Positions 36,320 through 45,883 of a stretch of 64,000 nt of DNA are shown here, piece by piece. Source of the stretch: a virus. The stretch spans positions 1 to 64,000 of the IMG/VR virus record IMGVR_UViG_3300027861_000018; one strand, 5' to 3'. Below the pieces are notes generated by a model. It was not told where the DNA came from, made no database searches, and saw only the letters and a program-made list of their open reading frames with translations. Position 1 is the first letter of the stretch. Every line of letters starts with the position of its first letter. The translations under genes were made by a program, and so were the position numbers.

Positions 36320-37633
36320 TCATTCATCCTCATCCTCTTCATCGTCTTCTGGGACGTGTTCAAAATGCGACCGGCTAAGATCCACCTTCATGGGAATGAG
36401 AATCTTGCCGCGGCCGCCGCGGTTCTTGGCCAAAAACCACCGCATCCGGTCTTCACCAGCCTCTCTCCTGGTCTGGTTCAGCGTCACCACCCGGCTGGCA
36501 ATCCGAGCCTTGTCATATGCCTCACTGAGATGCTCTGCTGCTGCGATACGATTCAGCGCCTCCTTGGACAACTGAACAGTGACGGCAATGGGGATGCCCC
36601 TCTCATCTGCGATGGACTTCAACTCCCAGAATGCGTTGGCAGCGTCCAATCGCTTCTCCTTGTTGGTTTGCGTCGGCGTGAGGTGATCTCCGCAGTCAAC
36701 CCATAACATCTGACAAGGACGCCCTTCCATCGCAACGTCATCCAGAGCTTGCTCCAGCGTGACGATGCTGGCGTGGCGAGGCGACATGTGGACCACCTTG
36801 AGCTTGCGCGCCAAGCGCTTTTTCATGCGCGCCATCTTATCAACCAGTCGATTCAACTCGCCCTTGGTGAGATCATGCACGGCGACGCGATCACTTGCCG
36901 CACCCATGAACTTGGCATCCAACCGATCAAACATGATGTCCAATCCATTCTCTGTATCAACCAAGAGGGTGTTGTAGCCGCGTGCAGCGGCGTGGTAAGC
37001 TCCATTGATCGCTGTGTGACTCTTGCCAATACCCGTGAGGCCAGCAAAGATGCACATGTCGCCAGGGATGAGGCCGCCGCCCGTTAAATCGTCTAGCCGA
37101 TCATTGCCTGTGGTGACTCTGTAATAGCTCTCTGGGTCTTCACTGCGCTTCTTGCGCATGGCCATCCGAGCTTCCATCTCCTCAATCCAGTCACCCTCTT
37201 GATAGGTGCCAACTGGCCGGTGCCTTGCCGCGACGTGGAGCGCCTCTGTGGCGCCATCCACATCCCCCCTCTCCATTTTCTTGATGGCCCCTTCAATGCC
37301 TGTAGACAGGGCCGCATAGCTGGCGAACTTGCGCAGCTGCTCAAGGGAAGCATGAGCATGAACGACCTTCCTGTCCAGGAGTGCTCGCGCCTCTTTGAGG
37401 TGGTTCTTGGCCTTCTCAGGGTCGCTTGCGAACTCTGCCCTGATCTGAGTCGCTATTAGTTTGGCTGTGCATTTTTCGCCGGCGGGCAGTTGCACAGTTT
37501 GGCGCCAGCACCACTCCAACTCTGTTCCTGTGAAATGCTCTGGCTGAACAATGCGCGCCGCCTGGACTCTATATGCAGAGTCAGCCATGGCCTTGGCAAC
37601 AATGTCCTTCTGAAAGCCTACATCAAAAGCCAT
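36320..37633 (-). CDS. dnaB: DnaB-like replicative helicase
   Basis: TTGNDRLDDLTGGGL, AGLTGIGKS, TEN, VDCGD, VQL, LAKNRGG. Confidence 0.9.
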   Translation of the reverse strand: MAFDVGFQKDIVAKAMADSAYRVQAARIVQPEHFTGTELEWCWRQTVQLPAGEKCTAKLIATQIRAEFASDPEKAKNHLKEARALLDRKVVHAHASLEQLRKFASYAALSTGIEGAIKKMERGDVDGATEALHVAARHRPVGTYQEGDWIEEMEARMAMRKKRSEDPESYYRVTTGNDRLDDLTGGGLIPGDMCIFAGLTGIGKSHTAINGAYHAAARGYNTLLVDTENGLDIMFDRLDAKFMGAASDRVAVHDLTKGELNRLVDKMARMKKRLARKLKVVHMSPRHASIVTLEQALDDVAMEGRPCQMLWVDCGDHLTPTQTNKEKRLDAANAFWELKSIADERGIPIAVTVQLSKEALNRIAAAEHLSEAYDKARIASRVVTLNQTRREAGEDRMRWFLAKNRGGRGKILIPMKVDLSRSHFEHVPEDDEEDEDE

Positions 37634-38362
37634 CTATTTGCGTCCCTTGCGCCGCTTGCGATAATCGCCCGGCTCATAAATCAATAGCTTGTTGCGGTCT
37701 GACAAGATGGAATCGATGGATGCGCCATACACATCCTTGAAGCCCTTGAGGGACAGGTTGGACACAACAATGGTCGGCTTCATCGCGCCTCGTCTCGCTC
37801 GGAGCAAGCTATCCACCTCTGCCAGCTTGCTCGCCTCTGCTGATCTGAACTCCTTCCCCATCTCATCCAACACAAGCCAATCGGCTTGTAGCAACTCGTC
37901 AAGCCATGCCTTCAGGTCAGGATTCCTCCAGGTGGCAGGTATTGTCGTGAGATAGTCGTGAGCCGTGATGTAACCCACCCTGAAACCTTCGCGCAAAGCC
38001 GCTGCCAGTATGAGGCAACTCATGCCTGTCTTGCCCGCCCCATTCTCACCCAGAAGCGTGAAGCCCGCGCCCGTCTTCCGGTGCTCTTCTATGCGCTCAA
38101 TGTATGAATTGACTAGCGATAGGTTGTCTTGATTGTGAACCCAATCAAAATCCTCCACTGCCCAAAACTCTGGCGGGATGTTGCCGGCCACCAGCCCAAC
38201 TTTGAAATCAGCGCGGCGGCGACATTCGCACGCCTCTTGCCTTGTTGTGAAATCATCAACGTCCACGTGGTTCCACCCGGTGCCCCGGCACTCTCTGCAC
38301 CTGGTGATGATTCGCCTGTGAGAGCGATCAACAAGCGTCACGAAATCAGGCAGGTGAAGCAT
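37634..38362 (-). CDS. DnaC/IstB-like helicase loader ATPase
   Basis: CRECRGTG...CEC, LLGENGAGKT, LVLDEMGKE, TIVVSNL, DYR. Confidence 0.88.
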   Translation of the reverse strand: MLHLPDFVTLVDRSHRRIITRCRECRGTGWNHVDVDDFTTRQEACECRRRADFKVGLVAGNIPPEFWAVEDFDWVHNQDNLSLVNSYIERIEEHRKTGAGFTLLGENGAGKTGMSCLILAAALREGFRVGYITAHDYLTTIPATWRNPDLKAWLDELLQADWLVLDEMGKEFRSAEASKLAEVDSLLRARRGAMKPTIVVSNLSLKGFKDVYGASIDSILSDRNKLLIYEPGDYRKRRKGRK

Positions 38363-39146
38363 CTGCGTCCCCTACCAGGATGGTTACAGCCTCTTGCCAG
38401 CGAGCAGGCACGGGGGTGTCCGGGTCCATGACGAGGGCTTGGGCTAGGTCGTCCACATATCGACAGCGAGAAGCATCCATATCTGAAGTATCCATCCCGG
38501 CATCCTTCAATCGTCGCTTTATGGCCTTGGCTGGTCTGTATTCAGAACCAGCATGACTCTTGCGCTTCACGGTCGACGCTACAGCAGGCCCTGCGGAGTC
38601 CCTGTTGAGCCAGTTGGATTGAGCATAAGGCCCTGCCAGATGCGACGGGCCAGGAACATGTACGGCTGCGATGGGGCTGTAGAGCGCCAAAGCATAGTCA
38701 GCATATTCCTTGAAGTCCACCTTGTGATGCTTGAGCCACGCATAGAGACTCTCCCATTTGCGCTCATCAGCTGGCGTGGGAGTCCACGGTCTGAATCCGT
38801 TATCGCCTCTCCACAGTTGGTACAGCTCAAACAATATTTGGCATTGAGCCGCCATCGTAGGCACCGGGCTTGAGCTCAATGTCCCCTTGGGAGATACATC
38901 AGGGGCTGCTGCCTTATAGACCATCCCGCCGTGCTTGAGCTCCACCGGAGCCACCAACTCCATCTCCAGCAGTATGTCCAGCCCTTCGCGCCAGTTAATG
39001 TCCGTTGGCCCAAATACCTTGTCAAAATGCGGTTGGCCGCCGCCGCCAGGCAAGGCGTGCCTGAGATAAGTCCATATGACCATGGCGTCACTTGATAAGT
39101 CGCTTGTCAAGATACCTTTGAGCTGGGCCTTGTCCTTCTGTCTCAC
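38346..39146 (-). CDS. putative replication initiator (possible N-terminal winged helix)
   Basis: Immediately upstream of dnaC and dnaB; function inferred from synteny. Confidence 0.5.
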   Translation of the reverse strand: MRQKDKAQLKGILTSDLSSDAMVIWTYLRHALPGGGGQPHFDKVFGPTDINWREGLDILLEMELVAPVELKHGGMVYKAAAPDVSPKGTLSSSPVPTMAAQCQILFELYQLWRGDNGFRPWTPTPADERKWESLYAWLKHHKVDFKEYADYALALYSPIAAVHVPGPSHLAGPYAQSNWLNRDSAGPAVASTVKRKSHAGSEYRPAKAIKRRLKDAGMDTSDMDASRCRYVDDLAQALVMDPDTPVPARWQEAVTILVGDADASPA

Positions 39147-40819
39147 GACACTACCTCAATATCAAAAGCACCCTGCTCTCGATACAGACGAATGCGCTCA
39201 AGGGAGTGATCTGCTAGATACTTATTGTGCAAATCCATGAAATCAATCAAGATGGCGCGCTGCTCTGCTATTGGCACCCCAGGGATGGGAGTCAGCTGGC
39301 GATTGCGCTGCAGACAAGCCTTGCGACTAGCGCCCCCCTCTGCGTTGAGCACGGCCTGAATGGCGGGGATGTCCACGCCCTCGCCGAACACGGTCCCAAT
39401 TATGACATCCAACTCTCCCGCAATGTATGACTCGATGATGGCCTCACGTCGCTTGGTCGAGGTCTGGCCTATGACTTTCCCGACACGGATGTCGGCACCC
39501 TCCATCATCTCGACAAGGAGTGAAACGTGCGCCAACTCCTGGACCACGACCAGAGACTTGATGCCCTCGCCAGCTAGACGCCTGACCTCAGCCACGATGC
39601 GATTGTTTCGCCATTCGTGCTTGATTATGCCCTGGCTGCGCGCCTCGTTGTAGACGCCATTGACCTCTGGCGCTTTGGGGACCTTGATGAGCTGAACCGA
39701 TGGTCGCACCAGGAAGCCCATATCAATGAGCCGATTAACGTCCAAATCATACACGATGGGGCCAGTAGTCGCTCTCACCCAGATAGACCCAGTGGGGTAG
39801 CCGCCACTTTCATCCTCTGTCCAGATTGTAGCGCTGAGGCCAATCTTGTGCTGAGCATCCAATGCCTCCAGGACCTGGCGCCACCTCTCGCCTTCCAGGT
39901 GATGGACCTCATCGAAGAACACAACATCAAAGTGGCCAAACAATGCCGTGGTGCGCTCTAGCTTGTGCCGCTCGCGCTCGATGCGCTTGCTGACCGGGAT
40001 GATCTGCGCCTTGGCATCTATTGTCCATATGCCTCGCGCGTTGGTCATCTTGGTCCAACTCGCAGGCTGATACATGTTGCTGACAAGACTCCTCTTTGCC
40101 TTGGCGATCAGCAAGTCCAATTCTGATTCATCGGCAACAGGCGGAATGGAGGTGAGTGCCTGGCGCGCTCTGCGCTTGGCGCGCCTGATCCGCGGCCTCA
40201 TATCCTCCATGTTGCGAGCTATTGACTGGACGCTCGCCACTGTGACGTCCCGCACATCCCAAGCCCCTCCCCCTATGCGGCCAATGGGCACTCCCAACAC
40301 ATCGCTGAACAGGCGGTGGGTCTGATTGAGCAAAAGGTCGGATGTGACGAGAAAGAGAGACCGGCGCTTGATGCGATCAATTATCAGCGATGCGATGACC
40401 GTCTTGCCCCCACGGGTGGCAACCCTAACCAAGCACTTGCCTGTGGCCAACCCGCGGTCGGCGACCACGGCGTCAGTCGCAGCCACCTGGTAGTCACGAC
40501 CCTTCCAAGCAGGATTCCAGGCGGTGATGATGGGCGGATGCATCGGGCGCCGGTGATCGCGCCATCTGATCTTCTCTCCCAGCTCTTTGGCTAGCTCTCT
40601 GATGTCTGTCACAAGGCCAACCGGAGCGCGATATCCGCCACCTGATCTGGCTGGGATTGCCTTCAGCAGGCGCTCCTTGCCGTCCCATCTGTGAGCTTTG
40701 AAAGCAGATACGTGCTCATGCCCTTCCACAAAATAGCTCGTGCGCGCTGACAGCTTCCTGATGTAGCTCATAGGTGCGCCAAGCACTACCGCATATTGGT
40801 TATCAACGTGCACTTCCAC
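39143..40819 (-). CDS. superfamily 2 helicase (UvsW-like)
   Basis: RDYQ, ATRGGKT, DEVHH, GLSAT, GEGVDIP, QRNRQL. Confidence 0.9.
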   Translation of the reverse strand: MEVHVDNQYAVVLGAPMSYIRKLSARTSYFVEGHEHVSAFKAHRWDGKERLLKAIPARSGGGYRAPVGLVTDIRELAKELGEKIRWRDHRRPMHPPIITAWNPAWKGRDYQVAATDAVVADRGLATGKCLVRVATRGGKTVIASLIIDRIKRRSLFLVTSDLLLNQTHRLFSDVLGVPIGRIGGGAWDVRDVTVASVQSIARNMEDMRPRIRRAKRRARQALTSIPPVADESELDLLIAKAKRSLVSNMYQPASWTKMTNARGIWTIDAKAQIIPVSKRIERERHKLERTTALFGHFDVVFFDEVHHLEGERWRQVLEALDAQHKIGLSATIWTEDESGGYPTGSIWVRATTGPIVYDLDVNRLIDMGFLVRPSVQLIKVPKAPEVNGVYNEARSQGIIKHEWRNNRIVAEVRRLAGEGIKSLVVVQELAHVSLLVEMMEGADIRVGKVIGQTSTKRREAIIESYIAGELDVIIGTVFGEGVDIPAIQAVLNAEGGASRKACLQRNRQLTPIPGVPIAEQRAILIDFMDLHNKYLADHSLERIRLYREQGAFDIEVVS

Positions 40820-40837
40820 GGGCAGACCTCCGGCACT

Positions 40838-40846
40838 ACCCTACAG
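40838..40846 (-). promoter_or_regulatory. class B motif CTGTAGRGT at the head of the replication block
   Basis: Intergenic, 18 nt upstream of the helicase start. Confidence 0.55.
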
Positions 40847-40858
40847 CGCACACGCGGA

Positions 40859-41377
40859 TCAGGGCTGGTCGTGCGATGATGAGCCATTGTTGCTGAGCTG
40901 GACATACATCCCTGCCCCTGCGCCGATGACTGCGACGATCAAGGCAACGATGAGGCCGCCTGCGATGCGGCGCCACATTGATGCCGAGTCACCGGCAACC
41001 TTGTCTCGCTCTTTCTTTTGACCCTCAAACTCAGCTTTCCACAGCAAGACATCTTGTTGGAGGCTCTCAATGTGATCAACCTTCTTCTGGACTCTGTCGA
41101 AATTGGGTATGCTCCCGCCCAACTCCCCAACGCTAGTCTTGACTGAATTCAGATCAGAGCCTAGCAATTCAATCTTGTCGCCAATGCGGCGCTCCACTTC
41201 GCCCAACGCTTTGTGGAAATCAGCTTCAGTCATTTTGAATCCCAGCAAATTGCTGTTGCGCCCAAACTCAGGCGTGATCTTGGCGACACGGTGTCGCTGC
41301 TCCACTATTCCCAATGGTTCGATGGCTGACATTATGCATTCCATTTGTTGGCAAGTTTGATATGACAGCCGCCCCAC
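40859..41377 (-). CDS. coiled-coil protein with C-terminal TM helix (holin candidate); start uncertain
   Basis: IAGGLIVALIVAVIGAGAGMYV; adjacent to the endolysin. Confidence 0.6.
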   Translation of the reverse strand: MGRLSYQTCQQMECIMSAIEPLGIVEQRHRVAKITPEFGRNSNLLGFKMTEADFHKALGEVERRIGDKIELLGSDLNSVKTSVGELGGSIPNFDRVQKKVDHIESLQQDVLLWKAEFEGQKKERDKVAGDSASMWRRIAGGLIVALIVAVIGAGAGMYVQLSNNGSSSHDQP

Positions 41378-41445
41378 CCTGCCATTAACTCTATCTGAAT
41401 TTCAGGTAAGGAGGGCTACGGAGCGCGACTGTACCAGATTTGGAT

Positions 41446-42297
41446 TCAGTGACACTGATCCGTGGGCCTGCCACTATCCGTCCACACGCGGTGCGCCTTG
41501 GCAAGCTCAACGGCTGTCATCACGTCGCGCCAACCTGTGTCATGAGCACGGCTGGACTTCTGGAACTCAACTAGAGCAATGCGAGACTTGGCACCCCAAG
41601 AGCCATCCACCCCATCTTGGTTCGGGCCATACGCTCCCAAATCATACCCCAAGTCCACGAGGCGCTGCTGCCACTCACGATCAGTCTTGGGCACCTTCAC
41701 GCCACGCGCACGCCTATCCTCAACCCACCTCTGGAGGCGCTTGCCTGGGCAATTCTCCTTTCCGAAGTGGTAGTGGCCATAAGTCTGAGCAGAATCAAGT
41801 CCCAGGATGAACGCGAGAGCGTCTGTCGTCCTCTCCAAGGTTGAGAGCTGGGCTTGGCTTGGACCGCGGCTGGCGCCCTTGTAGCTGACCCCGGTGAAGT
41901 CGCCAAGGACGCACAACGCCAGAAAGTTGTGATTGGCTCTGGTGCCCGGGACGGGATTTGTTCTGCCTCCCTGACTCCAGGTGATGTCCTCCAGGTCATT
42001 CACAATGTGAAGGACGCCATCAGAATCGATGATGGCGAAGTACAGCGCACGCGGTGCGCCTGTGGCGCTGACGTGATTGGGCCCAATGTGATATTTGTTG
42101 ATGCCGTCGGAGGTGCCTGTGCCAGCTGATTGGTGCACCACGATGCCCTGGATGGCGCTCTGACCTTCCTCTGCTGCGGCACGCACCAGGCGACGGGCGA
42201 AGTGCTTGCTGCTGTGTCGGGGCAACTCGCTGCGTCGGTCCACAGCGTGGGGCACCTTGGACAGCAGTACGTCGATGAGGTCATTGCGAGTGGTCAT
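41446..42297 (-). CDS. endolysin: N-acetylmuramoyl-L-alanine amidase (Amidase_2) plus peptidoglycan-binding domain
   Basis: IVVHQS, GHYHF..ENCPG; QQRLVDLGY...GVDGSWGAKSRIALVEFQ. Confidence 0.92.
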   Translation of the reverse strand: MTTRNDLIDVLLSKVPHAVDRRSELPRHSSKHFARRLVRAAAEEGQSAIQGIVVHQSAGTGTSDGINKYHIGPNHVSATGAPRALYFAIIDSDGVLHIVNDLEDITWSQGGRTNPVPGTRANHNFLALCVLGDFTGVSYKGASRGPSQAQLSTLERTTDALAFILGLDSAQTYGHYHFGKENCPGKRLQRWVEDRRARGVKVPKTDREWQQRLVDLGYDLGAYGPNQDGVDGSWGAKSRIALVEFQKSSRAHDTGWRDVMTAVELAKAHRVWTDSGRPTDQCH

Positions 42298-42376
42298 GGT
42301 ATCTCCTCTGGCCACCTCCTGCGCATCAAAGAGGTGTGCTTGGGTATCGGTGTGGTTGCGGGCGCCTGAGCGCCCT

Positions 42377-42664
42377 CTAGGCAGACGGAGGTGCGGCCGT
42401 GGTGCAGTAGGCGTGGATGAGATGGCGCCACGCTTCCGTCAGGACTGTGCGCTGGTCTTGCACCGCTCGCGCCTTGAGCGTGAGCTGATCGACCCTTGCC
42501 TGCTGGGCCCTGAGATTGTGCTCTGCGAGGGCGAGGTCAGATGTGACACCCTCATGCGTTGCTCGCAGATTCCGCATCATGCCAGCGACCGCCGCCAAGT
42601 GATCTGGCGGCTCGACAGTGTATCGTTCCAACTCTTGGGCAGTCACTTGCAATGACTTTGACAT
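42377..42664 (-). CDS. small coiled-coil protein
   Basis: GGAGG SD; heptad pattern. Confidence 0.6.
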   Translation of the reverse strand: MSKSLQVTAQELERYTVEPPDHLAAVAGMMRNLRATHEGVTSDLALAEHNLRAQQARVDQLTLKARAVQDQRTVLTEAWRHLIHAYCTTAAPPSA

Positions 42665-42700
42665 TGATCCTCCTGTGCCATGAGACCAGATGAGGGTGGG

Positions 42701-45700
42701 TCAGGCGATGTTGTTGCCATTTGAATAGGTGTTAGTTCCATTGTCTGTGAGCGATGCGCCGGTATACTTGTTGCCAACGATGGTCGTTTCATCGGCTCCC
42801 GCATCAATCACAATCGTGCTCGTGAGCCGATTCCCAACCAGCACAGTCTCATCACCGTCAAGCGCGAGCGCGCCATCAAAGTGATTGCCGACCAGCGCAA
42901 CTTCGCTTGCCGCTGACTCAATGGTGGTGGTGCCGTCAAACACATTACCTGTCAGCGCGCACTGATCGCCGTCGAAATCAAAGGTGGCGTCAAACACATT
43001 CCCAACCAGCGTGTTCTGATCATCCGTGCCGCCATCATTGAAGTCAGCATTGCCTGTCACCCTATTGCCAACAAACGTTGCGAAGTCCAGTGTGGCAGTG
43101 ACCGTGCTATCAAACACATTCCCGGACACCGAGCCGTCAGCAATGGTCAAAGCTGCTGCGCCAGAGACGCTGTTGCCCGTCAGAGCTGAATTGGTGGTGC
43201 CGTCCCACGTCAGCGCACCCATGCGATTACCGACACACGTGCCATTGGCTGACGCCATGTCAACGGCGCCATTGCCGAAGTTGCCCAAGAAGGACATGCC
43301 CACGGTGACACCCGGACCATCATACAGGCTGGTTGTACTTGGAGCCAAATTGCCCATCACAACCCAGGACGTAGCGCCAGTGCGTGCCTCGACCGCGATG
43401 GGGGAGCCGCTTGACGTCTCGACGATATTGCCGCTGATGACGTGCTGATCGCCAGCAGCCGTGACGCCAATGGCATCAACCAAGCTGGCCTGAATTATGT
43501 TGTTGTTGACAACAACTTGGGCTGCGCCATTGGTGTCGATTCCGATGTCACCGACGCGCATGATGTTGTTGCTGATGATGACCTGCTCGATGCTCCCCGC
43601 CGTCTCCAGCAACTCCACGCCAATCCCGACCTCGACGATGAGATTGCCCTGGATGAATATGCATTTAGCGTCTGCCGTGCTGCCCGTCTCAATGAGGATG
43701 CCCACAAGGGCAGCAGTGGTGACGTCATCTCCAACAATAGTATTCCCCAAGATGAAGATGCCATTGCCGTGCGGTCCGATGGGGGAGTCATCGGGCTTGA
43801 TGTAGATCACCGCTGCTGCGGCTGCGCCTGCGCCATAGTTGGATGTGAAGCGATTGTTGTGGATGCGAAGGTTGTTCACATCACTGCCTGATGCCCAGTC
43901 CCCCACCTCAATCGCAGAGGTGTCGGCGGCCATGTCGAAGTCGAAATCATTGTCATGGGCATACAGGTTGGAGCAACCTTCTGACATGGCCAGCAGCTCA
44001 GCATTGATTGAATCAATGTCATTGTGCGCCAATGTGACCTTGTCAGCACTGCCTGTCACTTGAATGATGCCGCCCGGGTTGCCGGTCGGGATGGTGGTTG
44101 CGTTCTGCGAGCCGCGGCAGCCGATGAAGCTCACCAAGCTGATGTCAGAGGTTGACCAGAGCACAGCCCCCTCTGTGTGGATGATGCAGTTCTCGAAACG
44201 GATGTTGTCAATGGCATTTGAATCAGTGCCAATGTTGTTGATGATGCCCGGGAAAGCATTGCCAACGTCGCTGCCGCCGATGAATGTGCACCCCTGGAAT
44301 GACAAGCCGCTGATGTCCCGCTGCTCTGCCGCGCTGTTGGTCAGCGCCTTGATCCACGCATCTTCATCATCCGTCGATGTGCCGGTGTAATTGAAGGTGA
44401 CGCCCTCGAAAGTCCACCCGGTAATTGCTGTTGCTGCCGGCATCTCAAACAAGGAAGCGTCTGCGCTGAATGTGATCCTGGCGCCACTTACGTCGTCTGG
44501 CGACGTGTCGAAACCAGTGTGTTGGAACTTTGTCCCTAACCCGCGGAAAGTGACGTTGGACGGGTAGTGGGCTGCGCGGTCCAGAGCGGATGCGATTGTG
44601 ATGTCATCCACAATTTCAATAATGGCCTTGAGCTTGTCTGTCCCTTGCTGCAAAGAGTAGATGCGCGACAAGGCCGCTTCCAAAGTACGATATGCGGTGC
44701 GGTGATCATTGTTGTCCGACACCTGGAGCACGATTGGCTCGTTGAACTCTTGGATGCGGCGCGCCACCAGATTCCCGACCGTGCCCACCACGTTCCCACT
44801 TCCGTCCACAACGAAGTGCAGGTATGGCGTGCGCCCGCCCTGGTTGGCAGCGTCCCAGGTGTCATATGCTTCGAACACCTTGGTGACCGGGTTCCACGTG
44901 ATCCACACATCGCTGGTCGTGTATGCCCAGGTGATGACCTGCGAATTGGCGCTGACCAGAAGGCGGCCGCCTGTGAAGACTTCTCCTGTGCTCGTGATCG
45001 TGATGTCGGCCGTGTTCACGGTGCCCGTTGGCACAGTGATCCACCCCTTGGTGAGCAGTTCATCAAACAAGTCACTGACTTCCCCAAGTGGAGTCATGAT
45101 TGTCTGACCGCTGTCAACAAATGTGCGCGGCGCACCGCCCCCAGCAATGGTCCCAATGAAGGCGTGGGCGGCCAGGCTCTGGACCGTGCTTGACCTCGTG
45201 ATGATGGGGCCCATGATGGCGACACGATAATCGCCAACGGTCGTCGATACAGTCGACTGCCCAAGCACGCCAGTGGTAGTGATCTCATCGCCGCCGGCCC
45301 CGCCTATGACAACCGCTTCAACCGCAGTCGCATATGAAGTGGATTCAGGGCTAACGAGCCAGACAATGGCGGTGCGGCCGGTGAAGTCATCAGAAGCATG
45401 CAACAGGTGGTCGCCGAGGGTGATTGTGATCGACCCTCCGTTGTCCACCACAGCAGTTGGCGCATCCAGTTGACACAACTCCAAGTCTGTGTAGTCATAC
45501 TTGGCAGTGCCGTCGGCCTGGTTGACAGCCATCGCTTTTGGCACTTGGCCTGTGGATGCTGCGACATAATAGGTGGTAGCCGCATCTTCAAACGGCACCT
45601 CATCCAGATATGTCGAGCCAGCCTCATCGCTGATCATATTCCCCTGACCATCCACGCCATACATGTCGCCAAAATCAATGTGATTGGCGCCAGTGCCATC

Positions 45701-45883
45701 AGCCATGGTGACTGGCGTCCACCACGCCCCAACGTCTGCTGCCGCCGCCTCCCCTGTGGTCATGGCCTTGGTGTGGCGCTTGACCCCCTCTTCCAGGTAA
45801 TCCAAGAAGCGGTCGCCAAGGTCTGAAGAGCCTATCACGCGACGGGTGAACAGGTTGATGCGTGAGGCGTTTGTGACTGGCAT
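42701..45883 (-). CDS. tail fibre/tailspike with right-handed beta-helix
   Basis: Many I/VxGNxF/I repeats in the C-terminal 600 aa; follows the baseplate genes. Confidence 0.85.
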   Translation of the reverse strand: MPVTNASRINLFTRRVIGSSDLGDRFLDYLEEGVKRHTKAMTTGEAAAADVGAWWTPVTMADGTGANHIDFGDMYGVDGQGNMISDEAGSTYLDEVPFEDAATTYYVAASTGQVPKAMAVNQADGTAKYDYTDLELCQLDAPTAVVDNGGSITITLGDHLLHASDDFTGRTAIVWLVSPESTSYATAVEAVVIGGAGGDEITTTGVLGQSTVSTTVGDYRVAIMGPIITRSSTVQSLAAHAFIGTIAGGGAPRTFVDSGQTIMTPLGEVSDLFDELLTKGWITVPTGTVNTADITITSTGEVFTGGRLLVSANSQVITWAYTTSDVWITWNPVTKVFEAYDTWDAANQGGRTPYLHFVVDGSGNVVGTVGNLVARRIQEFNEPIVLQVSDNNDHRTAYRTLEAALSRIYSLQQGTDKLKAIIEIVDDITIASALDRAAHYPSNVTFRGLGTKFQHTGFDTSPDDVSGARITFSADASLFEMPAATAITGWTFEGVTFNYTGTSTDDEDAWIKALTNSAAEQRDISGLSFQGCTFIGGSDVGNAFPGIINNIGTDSNAIDNIRFENCIIHTEGAVLWSTSDISLVSFIGCRGSQNATTIPTGNPGGIIQVTGSADKVTLAHNDIDSINAELLAMSEGCSNLYAHDNDFDFDMAADTSAIEVGDWASGSDVNNLRIHNNRFTSNYGAGAAAAAVIYIKPDDSPIGPHGNGIFILGNTIVGDDVTTAALVGILIETGSTADAKCIFIQGNLIVEVGIGVELLETAGSIEQVIISNNIMRVGDIGIDTNGAAQVVVNNNIIQASLVDAIGVTAAGDQHVISGNIVETSSGSPIAVEARTGATSWVVMGNLAPSTTSLYDGPGVTVGMSFLGNFGNGAVDMASANGTCVGNRMGALTWDGTTNSALTGNSVSGAAALTIADGSVSGNVFDSTVTATLDFATFVGNRVTGNADFNDGGTDDQNTLVGNVFDATFDFDGDQCALTGNVFDGTTTIESAASEVALVGNHFDGALALDGDETVLVGNRLTSTIVIDAGADETTIVGNKYTGASLTDNGTNTYSNGNNIA

